A stretch of DNA of 64,000 nt from Eledone cirrhosa (lineage: Eukaryota). Both the position numbers and the translations under genes were made by a program. Positions 52,503-64,000 of this stretch are shown in pieces; the stretch's first letter is position 1, and each line of letters begins with the position of its first letter. The stretch lies in contig OZ024754.1 of the NCBI GenBank assembly GCA_964016885.1, positions 25,234,001 through 25,298,000 on the forward strand, given 5' to 3'. A model generated the notes under the pieces. It had not been told where the DNA came from and did not search any database. It was given only the letters and a program-made list of their open reading frames with translations.

Positions 52503-52611
52503 CATATACATATATATATATATGTATACATATATATACATATATATATATACATATACATATATATATATACATATACATATATATATATACATATATA
52601 TATATACATAC

Positions 52612-52761
<150 letters not shown>

Positions 52762-52768
52762 GTATACA

Positions 52769-52806
<38 letters not shown>

Positions 52807-53695
52807 CAAATATATATATATACATATATATATATACATATATATATATAGAAATTGGATTAAATGCTCTGAAATAGCGATATATATGTGAAGATAGACA
52901 TAGAATATTCGAAAATATTCTGTATGTTTATAATAAACATTTTGAAGACCTAATCGCTACGTATTACAATTAGATTCTCGATAAAAGCAAGGGAAGTAAC
53001 CTACGCGTTTCATTCTTATTAGAAATCTTCAGGATTACATATCCAGTGCTTTTATCGAGAATGACACAGCTAGAGACTTATAGAATACTTAGCTGTGTAC
53101 AGGAACTGGTTTGAAAGAGCCGTTGCCGGTCCGGCAGAAATTAGAAATTGGATTAAATGCTCTGAAATAGCGATATATATGTGAAGATAGACATAGAATA
53201 TTCGAAAACATTCTGTGTTTATAATAAACATTTTGAAGACCTAATACAATACGTCACCTATTACAATTAGATTCTCGATAAAAGCAAGGGAAGTAACCTA
53301 CGAGTTTCATTCTTATTAGAAATCTTCAGGATTACATATCCAGTGCTTTTATCGAGAATGACACAGCTAGAGACTTATAAAATACTTAGCTGTGTACAGG
53401 AACTGGTTTGAAAGAGCGGTTGCCGGTCCGGCAGAAATTAGAAATTGGATTAAATGCTCTGAAATAGCGATATATATGTGAAGATAGACATAGAATATTC
53501 GAAAATATTCTGTATGTTTATAATAAACATTTTGAAGACCTAATCGCTATAGAATAGAATACGTCACGTATTACAATTAGATTCTCGATAAAAGCAAGGG
53601 AAGTAACCTACGCATTTCATTCTTATTAGAAATCTTCAGGATTACATATCCAGTGCTTTTATATATATATACATATATATATACATATACATATA

Positions 53696-53729
<34 letters not shown>

Positions 53730-53838
53730 CATATACATATATATATATATGTATACATATATATACATATATATATATACATATACATATATATATATAC
53801 ATATACATATATATATATACATATATATATATACATAC

Positions 53839-53993
<155 letters not shown>

Positions 53994-53995
53994 CA

Positions 53996-54037
<42 letters not shown>

Positions 54038-54359
54038 CAAATATATATATATACATATATATATATACATATATATATATAGAAATTGGATTAAATGCTC
54101 TGATATAGCGATATATATGTGAAGATAGACATAGAATATTCGAAAATATTCTGTATGTTTATAATAAACATTTTGAAGACCTAATCGCTATAGAATAGAA
54201 TACGTCACGTATTACAATCAGATTCTCGATAAAAGCAAGGGAAGTAACCTACGCGTTTCATTCTTATTAGAAATCTTCAGTGCTTTTATCGAGAATGACA
54301 CAGCTAGAGACTTATAGAATACTTATAGAATACTTATTTGTATATATATATATATACAA

Positions 54360-54406
<47 letters not shown>

Positions 54407-54625
54407 GAAATTGGATTAAATGCTCTGAAATAGCGATATATATGTATTACAATCAGATTCTCGATAAAAGCAAGGGAAGTAACCTACGCGTTTCATTCTT
54501 ATTAATGAAATAGCGATATATACGTATGTATATATCGCTATTTCAGTGCTTTTATCGAGAATGACACAGCTAGAGACTTATAGAATTCTTATAGAATACT
54601 TATTTGTATATATATATATATACAA

Positions 54626-54672
<47 letters not shown>

Positions 54673-54815
54673 GAAATTGGATTAAATGCTCTGAAATAGC
54701 GATATATATGTGAACATAGACATAGAATATTCGAAAATATTCTGTATGTTTATAATAAACATTTTGAAGACCTAATCGCTATAGAATAGAATACGTCACG
54801 TATTACAATTAGATT

Positions 54816-56593
<1,778 letters not shown>

Positions 56594-57902
56594 ATTACAT
56601 ATCCAGTGTTACATATCCAGTGCTTTTATCGAGAATGACACAGCTAGAGACTTATAGAATGCTTAGCTGTGTACAGGAACTGGTTTGAAAGAGCGGTTGC
56701 CGGTCCGGCAGAAATTAGAAATTGGATTAAATGCTCTGAAATAGCGATATATATGTGAAGATAGACATAGAATATTCGAAAATATTCTGTATGTTTATAA
56801 TAAACATTTTGAAGACCTAATCGCTATAGAATAGAATACGTCACGTATTACAATTAGATTCTCGATAAAAGCAAGGGAAGTAACCTACGCGTTTCATTCT
56901 TATTAGAAATCTTCAGGATTACATATCCAGTGCTTTTATCGAGAATGACACAGCTAGAGACTTATAGAATACTTAGCTGTGTACAGGAACTGGTTTGAAA
57001 GAGCGGTTGCCGGTCCGGCAGAAATTAGAAATTGGATTAAATGCTCTGAAATAGCGATATATATGTGAAGATAGACATAGAATATTCGAAAATATTCTGT
57101 ATGTTTATAATAAACATTTTGAAGACCTAATCGCTATACAATAGAATACGTCACGTATTACAATTAGATTCTCGATAAAAGTAAGGGAAGTAACCTACGC
57201 GTTTCATTCTTATTAGAAATCTTCAGGATTACATATCCAGTGCTTTTATCGAGAATGACACAGCTAGAGACTTATAGAATACTTAGCTGTGTACAGGAAC
57301 TGGTTTGAAAGAGCGGTTGCCGGTCCGGCAGAAATTAGAAATTGGAATAAATGCTCTGAAATAGCGATATATATGTGAAGATAGACATAGAATATTCGAA
57401 AATATTCTGTATGTTTATAATAAACATTTTGAAGACCTAATCGCTATAGAATAGAATACGTCACGTATTACAATTAGATTCTCGATAAAAGCAAGGGAAG
57501 TAACCTACGCGTTTCATTCTTATTAGAAATCTTCAGGATTACATATCCAGTGCTTTTATCGAGAATGACACAGCTAGAGACTTATAGAATACTTAGCTGT
57601 GTACAGGAACTGGTTTGAAAGAGCGGTTGCCGGTCCGGCAGAAATTAGAAATTGGAATAAATGCTCTAAAATAGCGATATATATGTGAAGATAGACATAG
57701 AATATTCGAAAATATTCTGTATGTTTATAATAAACATTTTGAAGACCTAATCGCTATAGAATAGAATATGTCACGTATTACAATTAGATTCTCGATAAAA
57801 GCAAGGGAAGTAACCTACGCGTTTCATTCTTATTAGAAATCTTCAGGATTACATATCCAGTGCTTTTATATATATATACATATATATATACATATACATA
57901 TA

Positions 57903-57936
<34 letters not shown>

Positions 57937-58045
57937 CATATACATATATATATATATGTATACATATATATACATATATATATATACATATACATATATA
58001 TATATACATATACATATATATATATACATATATATATATACATAC

Positions 58046-58193
<148 letters not shown>

Positions 58194-58196
58194 ACA

Positions 58197-58234
<38 letters not shown>

Positions 58235-59123
58235 CAAATATATATATATACATATATATATATACATATATATATATAGAAATTGGATTAAATGCTCTGA
58301 AATAGCGATATATATGTGAAGATAGACATAGAATATTCGAAAATATTCTGTATGTTTATAATAAACATTTTGAAGACCTAATCGCTACGTATTACAATTA
58401 GATTCTCGATAAAAGCAAGGGAAGTAACCTACGCGTTTCATTCTTATTAGAAATCTTCAGGATTACATATCCAGTGCTTTTATCGAGAATGACACAGCTA
58501 GAGAATTATAGAATACTTAGCTGTGTACAGGAACTGGTTTGAAAGAGCCGTTGCCGGTCCGGCAGAAATTAGAAATTGGATTAAATGCTCTGAAATAGCG
58601 ATATATATGTGAAGATAGACATAGAATATTCGAAAACATTCTGTGTTTATAATAAACATTTTGAAGACCTAATACAATACGTCACGTATTACAATTAGAT
58701 TCTCGATAAAAGCAAGGGAAGTAACCTACGAGTTTCATTCTTATTAGAAATCTTCAGGATTACATATCCAGTGCTTTTATCGAGAATGACACAGCTAGAG
58801 ACTTATAAAATACTTAGCTGTGTACAGGAACTGGTTTGAAAGAGCGGTTGCCGGTCCGGCAGAAATTAGAAATTGGATTAAATGCTCTGAAATAGCGATA
58901 TATATGTGAAGATAGACATAGAATATTCGAAAATATTCTGTATGTTTATAATAAACATTTTGAAGACCTAATCGCTATAGAATAGAATACGTCACGTATT
59001 ACAATTAGATTCTCGATAAAAGCAAGGGAAGTAACCTACGCGTTTCATTCTTATTAGAAATCTTCAGGATTACATATCCAGTGCTTTTATATATATATAC
59101 ATATATATATACATATACATATA

Positions 59124-59157
<34 letters not shown>

Positions 59158-59268
59158 CATATACATATATATATATATATGTATACATATATATACATAT
59201 ATATATATACATATACATATATATATATACATATACATATATATATATACATATATATATATACATAC

Positions 59269-59435
<167 letters not shown>

Positions 59436-59437
59436 CA

Positions 59438-59483
<46 letters not shown>

Positions 59484-60037
59484 CAAATATATATATATAC
59501 ATATATATATATACATATATATATATAGAAATTGGATTAAATGCTCTGATATAGCGATATATATGTGAAGATAGACATAGAATATTCGAAAATATTCTGT
59601 ATGTTTATAATAAACATTTTGAAGACCTAATCGCTATAGAATAGAATACGTCACGTATTACAATTAGATTCTCGATAAAAGCAAGTGAAGTAACCTACGC
59701 GTTTCATTCTTATTAGAAATCTTCAGGATTACATATCCAGTGCTTTTATCGAGAAATTATTAGAAATCTTCAGGATTACATATCCAGTGCTTTTATCGAG
59801 AATGACACATAGAATATTCGAAAATATTCTGTATGTTTATAATAAACATTTTGAAGACCTAATCGCTATAGAATAGAATACGTCACGTATTACAATCAGA
59901 TTCTCGATAAAAGCAAGGGAAGTAACCTACGCGTTTCATTCTTATAAGAAATCTTCAGTGCTTTTATCGAGAATGACACAGCTAGAGACTTATAGAATAC
60001 TTATAGAATACTTATTTGTATATATATATATATACAA

Positions 60038-60086
<49 letters not shown>

Positions 60087-60316
60087 GAAATTGGATTAAA
60101 TGCTCTGAAATAGCGATATATATGTATTACAATCAGATACTCGATAAAAGCAAGGGAAGTAACCTACGCGTTTCATTCTTATTAATGAAATAGCGATATA
60201 TACGTATGTATATATCGCTATTTCAGTGCTTTTATCGAGAATGACACAGCTAGAGACTTATAGAATACTTATAGAATACTTATAGAATACTTATTTGTAT
60301 ATATATATATATACAA

Positions 60317-60350
<34 letters not shown>

Positions 60351-60508
60351 GCATATATATATATAGAAATTGGATTAAATGCTCTGAAATAGCGATATAT
60401 ATGTGAACATAGACATAGAATATTCGAAAATATTCTGTATGTTTATAATAAACATTTTGAAGACCTAATCGCTATAGAATAGAATACGTCACGTATTACA
60501 ATTAGATT

Positions 60509-60536
60509 TACATATATATATATGTGTGACTGTATG

Positions 60537-60620
<84 letters not shown>

Positions 60621-61482
60621 CATGCTACTGTACGTCTGTATGCATATATGTATGTACGTATACATACATACTTACATTTAAGTAAGTGCCGTACTAAGAA
60701 TCAGAAATTTCATTTCATTTCATTCTATTCCATTTTAGCGTTTTCGGTGCGCCTGGCCGACTGAACTCACTCAATATGCAAATTAGGCTGCTCAGCCGTT
60801 AATTTTCATAAGGAAAGTATATACTTTCGAACGTTCAACGCTGACGATAGCTAACAAACTTGAAACTAGTACATCGTAACTCTGTAAGTGTTGAACAAAA
60901 AGGTGACGTGGTTGCCTTAACACCGTACGGCATAAATCAGGCTGTCCGTTTGTTTACAAACAGACAAAGCGAGCATTATAATAAATGTTCGTTAAACTGA
61001 TATGTACATATATATATGTGTGCCTTTATGTATATATATATATATATACATGCTACTGTACGTCTGTATGCATATATGTATGTACGTATACATATATACT
61101 TACATTTAAGTAAGTGCCGTACTAAGAGTGAGAAATTAAATTTCATTTCATTCTATTCCATTTTATCGTTTTCGGTGCGCCTGGCCGACTGAACTCACTC
61201 GATATGCAAATCAGTCTGCTCAGCCGTTAATTTTCATAAGGAAAGTATATAGTTTCGAACGTTCAACCATCTGGCAGAAGGGTATACGGTGCTGACGATA
61301 GCTAACAAGCTTGAAACTAGTACATCGATCCTGTGTCAGTGTTGAACAAAAAGTTGGCGTGGTTGCCTTAACACCGTACGGCATAAATCAGGCTGTCCAT
61401 TTGTTTACAAACGGACAAAGCGAGCATTATAATAGAAGTTCACTAAACTGATACGTACATATAAATATGTGTCCCTGTATGT

Positions 61483-61514
<32 letters not shown>

Positions 61515-61515
61515 C

Positions 61516-61602
<87 letters not shown>

Positions 61603-61605
61603 GTG

Positions 61606-61644
<39 letters not shown>

Positions 61645-62310
61645 TAGTAGTAGTAAGGTTTTCGATGTTGTGATAATGATTAGCAGCGATGTGTGTCAAA
61701 TGGCTATTAAGATAAGTGTGTGTGTGTATGTGTGTGTGTGTGTGTGTGAGTGTGTGTGTGTGTAGCAGAGTAATTTGTGATGGTCAGTATGAATGTTTCT
61801 GATTTCGAAAATTGATATATATTTTATATTCTTAAAAAATTTTTCAACGTGTAGAAACACAATGTATAGAAGCATTTTTTCTAAATTCTGTGTAAAATGA
61901 TCTATTTGTTAAAAACCTAAAAAAATCAATTTTACAAATCAGAAGTAAATATTTCTAAAAGTATAAACAAATTGATTATTATAGGTTTTTCACAAATTGA
62001 TCATTTTACACAGTATTTCGAAAATTGTTTTTTTACAAAAAAGATTGATTTTTTTTCTTTCGAAATATATACTTTCTCATTTTGAAAATTGATATATATT
62101 TTGTATTTTTCAAAAATTTTTCAACGTGACGAAACACAATGTATAAACGCATTCTTTTGAAAAAAAAACATTTTTTCCAAATACTGTGTTTTACACAGTA
62201 TGGTCAATTTGTTAAAAACCTAAAAAAATCAATTTTAGAAATCAGAAGTAAATATTTCGAAAAGTATAAACAAATCGATTATTTTAGGTTTTTCACAAAT
62301 TGATCATTTT
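60509..62310. mobile_element. Composite cassette, copy 6
   Basis: Near-identical to copy 1 with the same junctions. Confidence 0.7.
61287..61327 (+). ncRNA. Type I hammerhead ribozyme, family B, cassette 6
   Basis: Identical 41-nt core. Confidence 0.9.
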
Positions 62311-63297
62311 ATTACATATCCAGTGCTTTTATCGAGAATGACACAGCTAGAGACTTATAGAATACTTAGCTGTGTACAGGAACTGGTTTGAAAGAGCGGT
62401 TGCCGGTCCGGCAGAAATTAGAAATTGGATTAAATGCTCTGAAATAGCGATATATATGTGAAGATAGACATAGAATATTCGAAAATATTCTGTATGTTTA
62501 TAATAAACATTTTGAAGACCTAATCGCTATAGAATAGAATACGTCACGTATTACAATTAGATTCTCGATAAAAGCAAGGGAAGTAACCTACGCGTTTCAT
62601 TCTTATTAGAAATCTTCAGGATTACATATCCAGTGCTTTTATCGAGAATGACACAGCTAGAGACTTATAGAATACTTAGCTGTGTACAGGAACTGGTTTG
62701 AAAGAGCGGTTGCCGGTCCGGCAGAAATTAGAAATTGGAATAAATGCTCTGAAATAGCGATATATATGTGAAGATAGACATAGAATATTCGAAAATATTC
62801 TGTATGTTTATAATAAACATTTTGAAGACCTAATCGCTATAGAATAGAATACGTCACGTATTACAATTAGATTCTCGATAAAAGCAAGGGAAGTAACCTA
62901 CGCGTTTCATTCTTATTAGAAATCTTCAGGATTACATATCCAGTGCTTTTATCGAGAATGACACAGCTAGAGACTTATAGAATACTTAGCTGTGTACAGG
63001 AACTGGTTTGAAAGAGCGGTTGCCGGTCCGGCAGAAATTAGAAATTGGAATAAATGCTCTAAAATAGCGATATATATGTGAAGATAGACATAGAATATTC
63101 GAAAATATTCTGTATGTTTATAATAAACATTTTGAAGACCTAATCGCTATAGAATAGAATATGTCACGTATTACAATTAGATTCTCGATAAAAGCAAGGG
63201 AAGTAACCTACGCGTTTCATTCTTATTAGAAATCTTCAGGATTACATATCCAGTGCTTTTATATATATATATACATATATATATACATATACATATA

Positions 63298-63331
<34 letters not shown>

Positions 63332-63445
63332 CATATACATATATATATATATGTATACATATATATACATATATATATATACATATACATATATATATAT
63401 ACATATACATATATATATATACATATATATATATACATACATATT

Positions 63446-63582
<137 letters not shown>

Positions 63583-63589
63583 GTATACA

Positions 63590-63627
<38 letters not shown>

Positions 63628-63816
63628 CAAATATATATATATACATATATATATATACATATATATATATAGAAATTGGATTAAATGCTCTGAAATAGCG
63701 ATATATATGTGAAGATAGACATAGAATATTCGAAAATATTCTGTATGTTTATAATAAACATTTTGAAGACCTAATCGCTACGTATTACAATTAGATTCTC
63801 GATAAAAGCAAGGGAA

Positions 63817-63859
63817 GTAACCTACGCGTTTCATTCTTATTAGAAATCTTCAGGATTAC
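63817..63859 (-). ncRNA. Type I hammerhead ribozyme, family A (last copy in the window)
   Basis: Identical intact core and flanking 16-bp inverted repeat. Confidence 0.9.
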
Positions 63860-64000
63860 ATATCCAGTGCTTTTATCGAGAATGACACAGCTAGAGACTT
63901 ATAGAATACTTAGCTGTGTACAGGAACTGGTTTGAAAGAGCCGTTGCCGGTCCGGCAGAAATTAGAAATTGGATTAAATGCTCTGAAATAGCGATATATA

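Overview
This is a non-coding, AT-rich eukaryotic tandem-repeat window with no credible protein-coding genes; every listed ORF is a (TA)n artefact. The backbone is a head-to-tail 310-bp satellite of roughly 140-150 monomers (my estimate). Read on the minus strand, each monomer contains a complete type I hammerhead ribozyme (HHR): GUAAUC-CUGAAGA-stem II-GAAA-CGCG-UA^GGUUAC, with a 16-bp distal stem I. This is the architecture of metazoan non-LTR retrozyme / Penelope-type minimal hammerheads, here amplified to satellite scale. From about 30.7 kb the array forms a 5.7-6.2 kb higher-order repeat carrying six copies of a ~1.8-kb cassette. The cassette replaces one monomer's ribozyme and holds about 2.1 tandem copies of a second, unrelated ~449-bp unit with its own type I hammerhead on the plus strand (CGGUG-CUGACGA-UAGCUAACAAGCUU-GAAA-CUAG-UA^CAUCG). 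It also contains (TA)n/(GT)n tracts and a 277-bp palindromic AT-rich dimer. Patterned (TA)n replacements, ribozyme-dead rearranged monomers and shared SNPs record the amplification history. The ribozyme calls rest on visible motif and base-pairing; activity, expression and host species are not shown by the sequence.
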